Positions 13,332 through 27,589 are shown, counted from the whole stretch's first letter. The stretch is DNA of 62,331 bases, filler included, from Dugesia japonica (GCA_001938525.1; 6 parts of 6 records of this genome joined end to end with filler, not necessarily neighbours in it), one strand, 5' to 3'. Made by a program: numbers and translations. The notes: generated by a model not told the origin, from the letters alone.

Positions 13332-13847
13332 TATTACTTTAGTTTGCCGTTTCAATCATCTAATAATTGAAGACGATAGTGAACATCATCAATGAAGTTT
13401 AATATAAATAAATATAGAAAAATATTTTATTATCTTTTGAAAATTATAATTATAAAGTTTACTAAAAATAGTTGAATAAAATATTTTTAAAAATAATACA
13501 AATTTAAATTAGTTATCAAACACCATGTTAAAATGATATTCAAAAAAATATTAAAATAAAAAATAAAAATTTCATATTTCACAAATTTTTATTTATATTT
13601 CTACTAATAAAAATATTTAGATCCCAATACAAAATTAATTTTCAAAAAGAATTAGTAGAAGTCACTCAAAACTGTGGGAGAATTCTAGGACTTGGAACTT
13701 TGAAACCTTATATCGTCACAACTACTCAAACTAAAAAAATTGTTAAAAATATTATTAAAATCTGCATATCATTCTATATTTTTTCATATTTTAATATTTA
13801 CAAATATTCATAAAAATTATTTTATTTTTTCCTCCCTTCCTACTACT

Positions 13848-14830
13848 TGTTATTATTATTATTATCATTATTATTATTAATAATAATATTATTGTTAGAT
13901 AAATATATCAAAAACGATGGCAAATGTAAGAAATAAAGAACGCCATTTAAAATAAAATTGTTATATATATTTGACGGATCAACCGTCATCATCAGACAAA
14001 AATGAAAAAATGAGTTTATTCCGTCTATATTATTTAAACAAAGATTCAAGCAATTATACTGAATATAAAATAGCTATAATTCTTAATTTTATTTAATTTT
14101 AACCATTTTTAAAAAACAAATTAATTTTTATTCTTATAAAAAATTGTCTGTTATAATATTTTATTAAAATTACTATAAAAATCAAAGTAACTCAAAAAAA
14201 CGTTTTTCAAAAATATTTAAAATTTTTTTAATTTTAAAATATATTCAAATATTTTTAAAACCTAAAAAAATAATAAAATTAAAATTCATTTGTAAAAATA
14301 CAATACAAAACTTATAAAAATCCAGAAAAACATGAATATATAATAAAATTTCAAAAATTAAAAAATTTGTTTATATATAAAAATTTTAATTAATTTAGTC
14401 GACAGAGCTGTCTGTACAATAATGATTGAATTATGAAATCTAATCATTAATGCCTCATACAGCATTCTCTCCTATTAATTTTAAAATGGCTTAGACAAAA
14501 TTTTAAAATTTGCAATTTCAACATTCGCAATACATTTACTTTTATTTTTATTGTTATGCTCAGCAATATTACCACCACCACTTAAACAATTATGCTCTTG
14601 AACCCTTGTAGTACAGAGGTAACGAGCAGTCTCTCTAATGTATGTGGCACCACACTCATTGCATTTAAATTGATAAACAAGGTTTGAGCACAATCCAATT
14701 GGTGTATGGGATTTATTAACAAAGCTTTTAACAATCTTATGTGAAGTAGAAACAATTTTAAATGAAGGAAGATCCTTAGCAAATTAGAGTGCAATATTTG
14801 TATTGATTTATTATGTACAATAATTTAACA
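13848..14830 (-). mobile_element. 5'-truncated Penelope-like retroelement: GIY-YIG endonuclease, pseudo-LTR and (AAT)n tail
   Basis: SNLVYQFKCNECGATYIRETARYL..RVQEH..IAEH..NFKILS..LYEALMI matches the PLE GIY-YIG/CCHH pattern. Hammerhead and microsatellite tail follow downstream. Confidence 0.85.
13958..13999 (-). ncRNA. Hammerhead ribozyme of a Penelope pseudo-LTR (G of GAAA missing)
   Basis: TTGT-CTGATGA-T-GACGG-TTGAT-CCGTC-AAA-TATATATA-ACAA: perfect stems I and II. Lies 3' of the GIY-YIG ORF. Confidence 0.7.
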
Positions 14831-15103
14831 GGTTTATTAGATTATATAAACCTATAAAAACTCTAAATAACTTAAAATTATTGTATAAATACCTTCTAAG
14901 AGTAAATAAATATTCATAGAAACAGTATAAAACATTAAATCTCTTATAATCTTTATAAGACTATATAAATATTTTTTAACAAATAATTTTTAAATAATTT
15001 GTAATAATGTTTATTAAAATTGCGTTTTTGTCTTAATCTTATTAAAATAAAGGAAAAAATAAGTCAGCATTCAATTACATATATTTCAACCTTTTAAAAA
15101 AAA

Positions 15104-15703
15104 TTACATTAAATACAACACATGAGCAATCGTTATATAATAAAACAATCTTTTATAATTAATAATTTTAGGTTGAATATTTCTCTTCATATTTCTGTTA
15201 AATTCGTTTTCTATAAAATATTTTATCTGTTTATTTTTAATTGTCTTATAATTGTCAGGTCCAATAGTCATCCCTTGTAATGATTCAACATAGAGTTTTT
15301 CTTCTTCTTCTCTTTCGTATTCTTTAATAACTATGAAATCATAATTTAATTTTGACAAATGCTATGCTAAAATTGATTGCGACTTATTTAATACCACAAT
15401 TTCTTCATTTTTGTCATAAAAAGTTCGTCCTCTCTTGTTCCTAAAAATCTTTAATAAATAATTCGATTGGGCACAGCATAGCACTAAATATTTATTTTCC
15501 GTTTCTTTGGCTTCTGCGACCATTACATAATAACCAATTACACTCATATCATTCAGATTATAAAATGGATTTGTAATTGAATCCAACAAATTCTTCTTTA
15601 TTAGGTTTTTAACATAGTCTTTATTTCCAAGATGATAATATTGAGATACCGGAAACTTGTAGTTACTTATTAATAAACATGCATTAAGTTCAATCATAAT
15701 AAT
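15104..15703 (-). pseudogene. Orphan ORF D (~197 codons, one in-frame stop)
   Basis: Track ORFs 15362-15697 and 15104-15358 share a frame separated by one TAG. Preceded by acceptor-like TTTTGTTCTTTTAG. Confidence 0.5.
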
Positions 15704-15869
15704 CTAAAAGAACAAAAGTAAATAATAATTTAAAAATTAAAAAATAATAAATTTTTTTTTCTTTAGATAATTCACTGTTTTTGTAAATTAATTTTGAAAG
15801 TGTGATAAAATAATAACATTTGAATAACATAATTAATCCATTAATGAGGAAGATTGGGTTTTTATGGAG

Positions 15870-15995
15870 TTTATTTAATTATTTTACATTTGCATTTATC
15901 GCGTGAATAATTGTTGGACATAACCATTGATCGTTTTTCAGAATTCATTAAAATAAAAGCTTCGATTAAAATTTTTTAAATTTGATATTTGATAA
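15870..15995 (-). repeat. 3' part of the hammerhead-repeat family, truncated at the LTR
   Basis: Reverse complement aligns to about 195-310. Confidence 0.7.
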
Positions 15996-15999
15996 CAAT

Positions 16000-17155
16000 T
16001 GTTGGGGTGAAACGGCCAGTCTAGAAGAAAATAAGACCGGGGGTCCCTCGCCATACTGTTTAAGACGAATATTAAAATAATCAGCAGTAGAATAAAATAG
16101 TCAACATTACCAAAATCGGAAAGAAAAGCAATTACGAGGAATCATTGTAACTAAAATAGCGAAAGAACCAGTATCAAAAAAGAAAAGAAAATAGATCGGT
16201 AGATCTCAGACCAACAAATCAACATTCATCACCATCAATAATTATGAAAATTATTATAATAATATTAAAATACAAGAAAATGGACAAAGGAAAATAATTA
16301 ATTCTTATAAAATTATTAATTAAATTTCAACGAAAAATGAATTTAAATTAGTCCAAAATTTTTTTATCACGAATAACTTCGTTCAGAAAAATCATAAAAG
16401 TTAGTACTAAGAAAAGCCGAACAGAGGAAGTATAAGAGCATCAGGATTGCACAACAGAAAAATCACATCTCCACCAGGAAGCTTTCTGCAAGGGTTCAAA
16501 GTCTGTCAAGAAAAGAAAAATAGAACAAAGATAGAAAAATCACATGGGGATCTAAAGATAGGCACCAATAAGAAACCAAAATGTGCAGTAAATTCTAAGA
16601 AAATTGGCAAAAACACCAATCACCGACCAGAATTTTGAATTAAAAATAAACAGCCAATGAGGACGATGTCGAGATGCATCGCAAAATGGTATAAAACCCC
16701 CCAAAGTTTAGACGAAAACAAGTCAATTTTACGAAATTCACCTGCTATTTATACGTGTAAGCCTGCATTTGAAATAAGGAAAGTTTCTATTGTGGAAAAT
16801 TTGCGATAAATCCAGATTCTGATTAAAGCGTAAGCTCAGAATTAATCTCATTTATTCTCTCACCTAAATTGTTACGAAATTATAGCAGAAGACAATTTGT
16901 GGGAAATGAAAAAAATTGTGTTAGTAAATCAGAAGCTACTAAACTTCACACCGTATTTCATCGTTTTGTCAAAGGAACCCGTTGCAGAATTAATTTACCG
17001 ATTTATCAGTAAGTCGAGTTTATATTTTTGTTTCATAAAATTATTTTGTGACAAATGTTGTAAATAATTAATAAAAAAATTAATAGTGATTTTCATTATT
17101 CTCTATTATAAATGACATGGAATAGCTCATTAACACATTGGTAGTGAAGGGATGA
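16000..17155 (+). mobile_element. LTR (16000-17135) followed by a primer-binding site
   Basis: TGTT..AACA termini, TATAAAA near 16690, TGGTAGTGAAGGGATG 3 nt after the LTR end. Confidence 0.65.
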
Positions 17156-18696
17156 TATCATAAATAGACACACTATCTCGATCAGCATAGTATCATTGTT
17201 TTGTTGTAAGTAACCATAAAGTGTTGTCAACATAAAATTTGCAAATTTTACATTTGTTTATTTGTAAAAAAGGAGGAAAATTCAGTAGGCAAACGCCACA
17301 TGCAGTTTCTCGATGTCACTAATTAACAAGTTAGCAATTAACGCGGTAAATGATGCACAGAAGAGACAAGGGATCAGAAGTGGTGCAATCGATCATGTCA
17401 GCAATCATCTATCAACTCCATTACACACCATTTTAATTTTCGTTTCCAGCTACAAAGTAGTCTGTAATCACATCAGTTGTGTCTGTCTGTTCGGCATCGA
17501 ATTAATCAAATAAAGCGATAATACACCGTGATAACCACGCAAACACGTTGAGTGGTAATTCAAACCCTGAAAATACTAATGATATTTTAATTAATTAAGA
17601 TTATATTAATTTGAATGTCGCTATTATCAGTGCTCTCGAACATAAATATATTTTTTTTGCAAGGGTGTCTCCAAGGGCAAAATTAGAGTAATAATAGTTA
17701 TATGGTAGTTATTATATAAAGACGAAAAGAATATTAAAGTACCTAGTTAATACACAGCAGTTCCCACTTTATCGATCCGGATTATTATTAATAATGTTAT
17801 GGCTAACGATTTTGTCAGTGTCATGGGTATTAACGATTTTAATATGATCATTAATCTCATTAGGGTATCTTTCGTCTAAGGTCATTGATTTTTGGTTTAG
17901 TCATGGTCCAAATCATCAACAACACTAATACTAAACTAGGAATCAGCATCATTACTAGACGCATCATTATTATTATCCCTATTATCGATAGTATCACTAA
18001 TACTGTTATTGCCATTATTAGTATTGTTAGGCTTAATATTAATTATGGTTATCATCAACTTATAATAACTTTGCTATAATCATTGTTAGTATTATTAGGA
18101 TTATTCTTATTATCCGTTTATCATCACGATTATTATTATTATTATTATTAGTAATATGATTATGAGTTGTAATATCCTTATTACTAAATACCACTATAAA
18201 TTCCTTTATATCACTATCATCCTCGTGGGGACTATCATCAAAAGTATATACTTGGATCTACGAGAGTTAGGAGTCTTTACTATAGGCAATTTTCATCGTA
18301 ATGGCTATTTCCTGGATAGTTAAATAATATTAAATATGTTAAAGGAATTATGTCCGACGTATTGGCAAAGACTCTACAGATAATACAACAAGAACTCGAG
18401 CAATAGCGCAAACGTCAACTGAACGGTCACCTTATAGCCCCAAATCTCATCCTGCATCCAGACGAAATCGATCTCAGTTGCTTCATTGAACTCTTCCCCT
18501 TAGCGAAAAGTATCCAGGTGGACTTAGATGTTGAGTCGTGACTTAAATTTGTATTTTAATGACGATTACGGATAAATACAATATCTTAGCGCTGTTATCT
18601 AAATCTTGTTTTATTTGAGTTGCATTATTAATTTTATAATTACAATTATTGTGAGAATAATTGTTGGACTTAACCATTGATCGGATTTGAGATTTC

Positions 18697-18796
18697 NNNN
18701 NNNNNNNNNNNNNNNNNNNNNNNNNNNNNNNNNNNNNNNNTTAATTAATTAANNNNNNNNNNNNNNNNNNNNNNNNNNNNNNNNNNNNNNNNNNNN
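18697..18796. other. Artificial contig spacer
   Basis: N44-TTAATTAATTAA-N44. Confidence 0.95.
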
Positions 18797-20171
18797 AAAT
18801 GATAGTGATATATTGATGAATAAATATGATCTAGAAACAATGAATATACTCATGAATAATTGATTAAATTATTTCACAATTATTGAATTGAAAATGATAT
18901 TAAAAAAAAAATTTTCACGTTACTTAATGTCATATATCAAAACCATTAAATGGTTCACTTATCTTATCTCTTACTGTCACAATTGATTAAAAGTGAAAAT
19001 TTATTCAGTTGTAATTAAAGAATAATTATTTTAAAAAAACTTAATCATCAAATATATTTTCGGATAAATTAACTGATAAAGATCAAGATTTCGCCTTAAT
19101 GGTAACTTTTAGTATTCACTGAACAAATTATCATTTGAAATGTTTAAAGTACAATATATATATGCGTATCCGACTGAGATTAGAGAGCTCTATTTATATC
19201 AATTTTGTATTAACAAAACCATAATAAATTCGTGGAATTTGATTTGATAGATTCATTGTTATCATTATTATTTATTTGAAATCATAAATTATTAACCATG
19301 GTAATATTTTCCTGTTTTTCAAAGTGTTAATTTTTCCACTGAAACTATTATATTATGATTCTTCTAAATAGAACACTTAATTGCTCATATTACATTTCTA
19401 TTTATTTTGAGAATTGTTTAATATGATTTGCAAATTACTGAGATTTGTATACATTTCTTATACCTGAATATTCTTATGCATTTTCTTAGAATTAATGACT
19501 GTGTTCTTACATTTTCTAATAAATTGCATATTTGTAAAACATTAATAATATCAAAGAATCCAGTTTCTTGCTGAAACAAATGAATTATATTTATGATATA
19601 ATGTGGCATAATGTGTCACGGTATGCATCAAATAAATTGTGAAAATATTTCATTTAGTTTCAATGAACTATAAGGAAACTTTCTTAAATATTTTATTAAA
19701 ACTGAAACAGATATTTCAACACATAAATTTCCATTAGTATTTTTGCAGAATCATTATTCATAAGGAAACCATAATGAATAACTTATCACGTGGGATTGTT
19801 GAAATAAAATTTCTTTTTTTCAGATTTTCACGTTACATATTTTTAATTTTGGAGCCAATTGAAGTTAAGTTGACGTTTACTTTTCATTAATCATAAATTT
19901 CATGTAATTTCGTTTTACAATTTTTTATGTCATAACTTTTTAAAAAATTATCACAAATTTTTTCCTTTAATGTAGTTTCTCAAACTAGATTTGGTTGTGT
20001 AATTTAACTGATTTAATCTAAATTTATCGGAATTATTTCAATAATATATTTATGATTTAGGAAATAAAGTACTAAATTAATTGATATCTCTGTTTGTTTA
20101 TTAAAAAATATATTTTGCTTATTACTTAATAAATTATTCAGGATTACAGTCACATTATTGAGATAGATTTA

Positions 20172-20358
20172 CCGTATTTTTCGGGCTACAGACACACCAA
20201 AAAACAACATTTGGGTTAATAAATCATTTTTATAAATCATTTTTTGTACAAATATTTAAAAATTATTTAAGAAACAATATAAAAAACACAAAATTGCGCC
20301 TTATATGTGAACTTTTCATTAATTTCTTGTGGTGCGCCCTATATCTTGAAAAATACGG
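20172..20358. mobile_element. Tc1/mariner-superfamily (pogo/Tc2-like) MITE
   Basis: TA|CCGTATTTTTC .. GAAAAATACGG|TA. Confidence 0.85.
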
Positions 20359-22116
20359 TAATTAATATTCAAATATAAATAAAAAAGTATTTTTTTAAAA
20401 ATAAATTTTTTGAAATACGTAATTTATTAAAAAGGATTTTTTTAGAGCTAAATAAAATTAACAAATTTCACAATAATTTAATAGATGACAGTGATTATAA
20501 AACTACTGCAATTATAAAAATACGTATTTTTAACACTCAAGTACTTTGCCTACTTTATAAACGAAATTCAGGTCATTGGGTGCTGAACACCCGGGATATT
20601 TATTCTTTGTTTTTAATGGAAGTAACTTTTATTTTTAATTACATTTATACTTAACATTTAATATTTATACACCAAATTTTTTTTTATAGATATTTTATTA
20701 ACTTATGTACAAAATATGTTTTGCATCCACATTAATCATCCGAAGAATCTGCAATCTCCATTCTTTAGTTATTGTCGAATAGGTGTAGTTTTATTGAAGA
20801 AGCCACTCAGATCCTGAAACCAGCTTTAACTTACACAGTGATACACAAAAATAGATCATAAATAGAAACTAGGCACATTATATAAACACAAACCTTTCGC
20901 GAATAAATACAAGTTTTTTAATCAGTTTGATATTACAAATTGTTAGTATGGTTTGCCAATTTTTTCACCCGAAGTTAATAACTTTTTCGCCTCATTTTTC
21001 AATTGAAATACATCATTTAAATGAATACATTTAGATTAAATTTCCTAAATTAAATATTTAATAAATATAAAACAATAAATTTATTAGTTATTTAATAAAT
21101 CAAGTTTTCCTGGTGATAAAATAAAAGAAAATAAATGAAATTCTATCTGTTTGCGATTTATTATGTTTTTAATTATTAGTTAATTATTGTTAATTTTATA
21201 ATTATTATTAACGTTAGTGGTAAAAGTTTTTTGATTTCAACTTCCATAATATATTCATAATTTGATAGAAAAGTGCTTTCGTGAAATTATGTAAATAGAT
21301 GAATTGATATTGGTGTAAATGTCACTTTTCAATAGTCTTTTGGTCGCCGTAATTTTGATATTATATATTGATACTTTAATTTTACTGTATTGTTTTTTTA
21401 TATTCATAATTTAAATTTATTGTTAATTTTGATTTATTAAATATTTTGAGAACTTAATTAAAAGTAAAATGTCGTTTCTTATATGGTAACATTGATGTTT
21501 CATTGAAACATATAATTTATAAAGTCATGAGATATAAATGATTAAATTAATTAGAAGGAAAATTTGATGATTACTCAGAAATGAGAAATTTCCTAATCTA
21601 AATATTATCAAGCACAATTATAAATAATAAGCACATTAAACCGAATTTAAAGTTATTTTTTTTCATCAAAAACTTGTCAAAGAAAATATGTGGTGTACTA
21701 TAAGGTTTTATTCTTAAAACCGATAATTACATTAAGTAAAGTATTTTGCGAATTGCGAAAATCAAGTGATAAATATATTATTCGAGAAAATTTTGACGAA
21801 ATCAATAATGCCGAATGTTATAAAATTCTATAGATCTTGTTGTCCATTATAATCGTGGTCTTTATTTTTGTTTATGTAATTGTCATAAATTGAATTTATT
21901 TATAAAACGAATGCTCAATGTCGATCCTGTAAGAATTAGTTCATGCCCTACAACATTTTTCAATTAATTTTATAAAATAATTTTTTAGGTTTTCATTAAT
22001 TAATACATAATTGAAAAAAATAACAATTTTAAAATAATAATAAAATATAATAATAAAAATTTTAACACTAATTTTAAATAATTTCAAAATATATTTTAAT
22101 ATTCAAAATTTTAATA

Positions 22117-22839
22117 CAGTAACCTCTCTATATAAGCAACTTCCATATAAGAAAAATTCTGTATAAGCAGGTTCTATATAAGCAAAAATTAGTATTCCTT
22201 AATTCTAAATATTGATATTCCTCTCTAAAAAATACATGACAAACGAGTTAATTATTTACAGAATGGTACAAACAAGTATTTGTTCCACTCAACATCTACA
22301 GTCCAAACAATTTCCTGTTAGGGTAATTTGTTATGGTTGATAGAGCGACTTGCTATGGCACTGAAAATATGTGATGTTTTTTCCACCAAATAACACTTCT
22401 TTATTGGACCACTGGACCAAAATGTGATCAAATCACAGATAGCACCTCCTTACTACATTGGGTGCATTAACAGAAACAGATTCAATAGTCTCCGCTTTGA
22501 AAAGAATTAATTTAAAGGGCGTGGTATATTTAACTATTCAAACATGGAATCAGATCCCTCAATCATTAATTCAAATTTTATTTAGCCATTTGTTTACGTC
22601 AATTGAAGAGATCGAATTTAGTACATTTAGCTAACTGCTCTAGAGAAGAAAACAACACCCCACTGTCCCAATTATAGAATTCGGTTTTCAGATGTAGTGC
22701 TTGTAGTGAGAATGAAATCATGAAATGGTCAGATGGGTTTCTACTCGACTAAATATTTTTTTAAAAATGGCTTATAGAAAAATTTTGGTTTTTTAAAAAT
22801 TGGTTCGGTCGAGGTGCTTATATTGAGCGGTTGTTGTGT
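22117..22839. mobile_element. Tigger/pogo-like non-autonomous element
   Basis: TA|CAGTAACCTCTCTATATAAGCA with repeated TATAAGCA; degenerate inverted copy TGCTTATATTGAGCGGTTGTTGTG. Confidence 0.5.
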
Positions 22840-25800
22840 TACAATATTTCAAGGCGTGAACAAAAATTTCAAATTAAACTTGAAGTAATTAATAAATTTT
22901 TTTGGAAAACGTCGAAAATATTAATTTAATCAATATATATTAATTGAAATTTGTTGTACACCATCGATTTTCAAAGTTTGAAAGAAATTCGATATTTCAA
23001 TATTTAAGAGTAATTATTCCTCTCTTAAAATTTAATTTTAATTTACAATATTTACAAAACAATTGTTATAGCATTGATTTTAGTTTATCATTTAACTTAT
23101 CATTTTTAAAAACACGTATGTCATACTATGACAATCGTAGTTTATTGAATTTTAAATTAACATAATTTAAAATTGTTCGAAAGCCAGAGTTTGAAGATGT
23201 TGGAATTTCATGATTTTAATCAATTCATAAACATGATAATAGGATAACCTAATTATACATTTTTGTCGATATGGTGGTTTGTTTGCAATAATAATATTAA
23301 TATTAATATTAATATGGGCATCACTTGATGGACAATGACAATCATCGCTATCCTTTATTGGTCTATATAAAACACTTCAAATCTACTAGAACATGATTGA
23401 TTTAACAGCACGCTTTATTTTATAAATTTAATTTAATTGAATAAACGTTCACTTGGAATTAAATATATATTTAAATACTGTTGCCAATGTTTTTCATTTG
23501 CAAATACTTTATCAACTTAGTTTTGATGCTTTTTATTTCTAATTTTACATTCAATTTATTTAATCGGTTATCGACTACTTTTTTTGAAATTTCTGCTTAG
23601 AATCTTTTATTTATATAGATTATATTTTATAACGGTTGATAAGTTTAGAGTTACACTTAATATTTACCTCTATAATCTACTAATCCGAAATATTTCATAA
23701 CCTATTTTTAAAAAAAATTTTGGACTTAATATATCACTGAAAAAATTACCCATAAATTTATGTGTTTTACAAATTTCTTTGTGATCGAAAGAGTTGTTTT
23801 ATACATAGTCTGTTAGTAGAGAATATTATTTAAAAATATTATAATATATACTAGCTTCAAAAATATAATTAAATATTAACATTATATTTTGTTTGAAACA
23901 TATTGTTCGGAAAATTAATCGGTCGAGGAATTACTTTGTGCTGAATTATTAAATTTATTTAGTGGAATTATTTTGGTTTATTTGATATTTACATACATGG
24001 CTCTATATACTAACGAACGTTCATTAAAAGTTAATATGATTGCGTTTTCTATTCATTATTAATGAAAAATGTGGTTAGGTTGTTAAATATTTATTAGATC
24101 TCATGGCACAAGAAAATAGGATAGAATATGGTTTCATAAAATTGCACTTTTGCATTAAACGGTTTCAGGCCACTGTTCTTCAACAATAAGTAACGGATTA
24201 ATTGATTTGTTACTGGCTTTGTTTTAATTTGAACTGCACTATATCAAAATAAAATTAATTTTAATGTATTTATATATATATATATATATATATAAACGGA
24301 TGGGTTGGTTAAAATAGTTTATTCTAATAAAAAGTAATTAAATCAATAAAAGCACTTATTATTTTGGTTTTCATTATACAATAATATTGCGATTTGGTTC
24401 TAATTCTAGCACATTAAATTGCCATTAAAATTTTGTTATTAACAATGATCATTGTGACTCCAGTAAATAATTTCTCATGTAAACAATTTATTTGTGGTTT
24501 ATGTTATAATTGATTTAACAATATTATAAATAATAATAATAATTGTCTGAAATAACGAATTTATTCTTTATATTTCATTATATAATATTCATAATTTTGC
24601 TGTGTATTCCAGACATTAAATCTGTACATTAATTTTCTTCGGATTGATTGTGTAGCTTATTTTGTCAATATTTTTCATTTAAATATTAGAATTCCTACAT
24701 CATTTTCAATGTTTACATTGAAGTTCATAATCGTTATTATTTCATTTTTATTTGCGTTTGTGTTATAAACTTTTAACATAAATTTTTCTAAAGGCCTGAA
24801 ATAATTCCATGATTGATTCATAGTCAAATGTAAAGATTTACAGTTTTGATGGTGTTGAAATTTNNNNNNNNNNNNNNNNNNNNNNNNNNNNNNNNNNNNN
24901 NNNNNNNNNNNNNNNNNNNNNNNNNNNNNNNNNNNNNNNNNNNNNNNNNNNNNNNNNNNNNNNNNNNNCGTTTTTAAGTACAAATCATGTTCCTTATTAC
25001 TTGATTAGCTTTTCCAAAGCCTAATAGTGAAGCTTAGAATTATAATCGAAAATAAAATCGTATTGCCACGTCGTTGTGTTATTATTTACGTTATCATGTA
25101 AAATATAAATTATTTTCGTGAAATACTGAAGTGTTTTTTTTAATTTGTAAATTTATTCGAATTTAATTTCATTAATTTCTATTGTAATACAATTGTATTT
25201 ATTTTCCCATCAAAGAAAAAGTTCTAAAAGCTATTTTTATATAATATTATGTTTACAAATAAATAAATCAAATGAAATCTTATTTTCTGCAAAATATTGA
25301 AATTTTAATAAAGTATTTATGTTTGTTTGCTATTTTATTAATATTTTTACAAATTAAGAAAAATGTTAGTTACCAAATTAACCAATAATCATAGTTTGAT
25401 GGAGAATTCAAAATGTCCCATTCAAGCTGTACTATTTTTTACATATTCATTTCCACATTCCATTAAAAAATAAGCAGGACAGATTATGTTACATTTTTTT
25501 AATTCCAATTTTCTCAATTTTTATCACTAGCTCATAATCAATAACTTCTCCATAATCATTCTTTGTTACTGTTGAAAGTTGACCATACAAAATAAATTTT
25601 TATGTATAAAATTATGAAATACAACTCATTTACAACTCGTAAGTGCAATATTAATTGTTATTATAATAATATTGTATTTTATATTATTTTATTAGTATTT
25701 TTTAGTTTTTTCATTTCAACATCAAAGATTTTTTAAATGACAAACGACTGTCGTATTCCGATATTTTATCTTATTTATTTCAACATGTTTTCATTATGAT

Positions 25801-26230
25801 CAAATTTTTGTGAAAATTCTTCCTTAAATGAAAATATACAATCGTAATATATATCTCAGTGATGAAAAGTACTTCTAAAAATTACTTTCTTAAGATATGA
25901 CTACTTTTCTCACATTTAAATTACCATTTACATTGCTACATTCAACTACAAACCTCACTGAACGTCTACACATTTTGGACACCATTCTTCAATATTATCA
26001 AATATATAAATAAAAATTAAGTCGGTTGATTGAACATAATAATTAAAACATTTTTAAACCAACATTTGTTTTCATAAGTCTGAAACATCTTTTCTACAGT
26101 ATTCATTCTTTCCAATTATTTTTTCTGTTATTTTTCTTCCATTAAATTCCTATTGTGTATATTGTTGCGTATATATAGAACGCTGAAAAAATTGATATTA
26201 AAGTAATTTTTTAATTTTGGTACTCTAGAC

Positions 26231-26840
26231 CAGTGGTCCCCAACCTGTGAGCCGTGGCCCTTATCAGTAAAAAATTTCATAATTAATATTTCTGAATTTA
26301 TCTCGAGGTTGGGATACTTTGCTTAATGAGACGATGTTAACGATAAATAAGAAAACATTCAAATTGTATCAAAAAAGGAATATTGAGAAGGTATATGTAA
26401 ACTAAAGCTTTAGACTGTTAAAAATACAGTCGAACTATAACTAAAGTAATTGGAAGTGCGTAATTTTTCTTCTATCGTTCAATACCATTGTTTTATATTT
26501 TATGTTTTATGTTTGATGGTATCATAATTTGACCTTTTTATGTTGATATAACGATTCCACAATATAATATAAATTTTACTAATAAATGTCTATAAAATGG
26601 CTAAACATCTATTTGTATGATGATATCACACTTTATATTTCTTTTTGAAATTAATAAAAAATCAAAAGCTATTCTAAAATTTATTAAAAAATATTTAAGA
26701 TATTTTAAATGTAAAGGTATGTTTTGAGAGTTTTTGGTTAATAAACACTGCCATAGAGCAATGTTTCTCAACTAGTGAATCGCGTTAGAAATGTTTTACA
26801 GTTTACTGGGCCGCGGTGCGTTTTTGGTTTGGAAACACTT
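26231..26840. mobile_element. hAT (Charlie-like) MITE with perfect 8-bp TSD
   Basis: CTCTAGAC on both sides; TIRs CAGTGGTCCCCAACC / GGTTTGGAAACACTT. Confidence 0.9.
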
Positions 26841-26994
26841 CTCTAGACAAACAATAAATGTGTTTATTCCCGTTGATTCACTATTTTAACTATCCTTTTT
26901 TATTTGAACATCTTTATTTTGTGTGCAATAATTGTTTGTTGAAAATATCTTCTTCTAATAACGCTCATAACAAATCCATCAAAATTCTCCATTG

Positions 26995-27387
26995 AAGAAT
27001 TAAATACAACATTAATACACCTACTTCTGTTTTTACGCGATTCTAAAAAAATATTGCACTCTATTTTCACATGGATTAAATTTTTGTATTTAAAACAATT
27101 TTAGTGAGAAAAAATATATAGGTGCTTGTTTTAACATTTTTCTAGAAATAAACACTAAATCCTATGATACGAAAAATCTAAGACACTCTTATACAGGAGA
27201 TTTCCCTTATTTATATTGAATACTAATAAGTAAATAATTACTTAAAATTAAAATATTATAAACAAATCTTTCATGAAAACTATTCTGTAAGTAAATACAC
27301 TTTATCATTTTTTAAACGCGAGCTGCCACGGAACGCATCTATTGCGTAAAAGCAGAATTAGGTGTATTAATGTTGTATTTAATTCTT
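26995..27387. mobile_element. MITE with ~45-bp inverted repeats
   Basis: AAGAATTAAATACAACATTAATACACCT is a perfect inverted match to 27360-27387 and extends inward imperfectly. Confidence 0.75.
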
Positions 27388-27589
27388 ATTTGATTGATAG
27401 AAAAATATTTCTTTTGAAAAAGAATAAATAGGAAATTACATTTTTTATAACAATGCCATATTTTTTCGGATTATTATCAAGTATTACATTAAATCTATTT
27501 TAAAAACGTATTTAGCGCATTTTAGATTTTTTTTAAAGCTTTTATTAGTATTTATTACCTATTTTTATTTCATTTTCCAACCATTATAG

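Noticed and set aside
19418-19609. 63-aa minus-strand ORF with possible splice sites
   Set aside because: No recognisable motif and no consistent neighbouring exons could be established.
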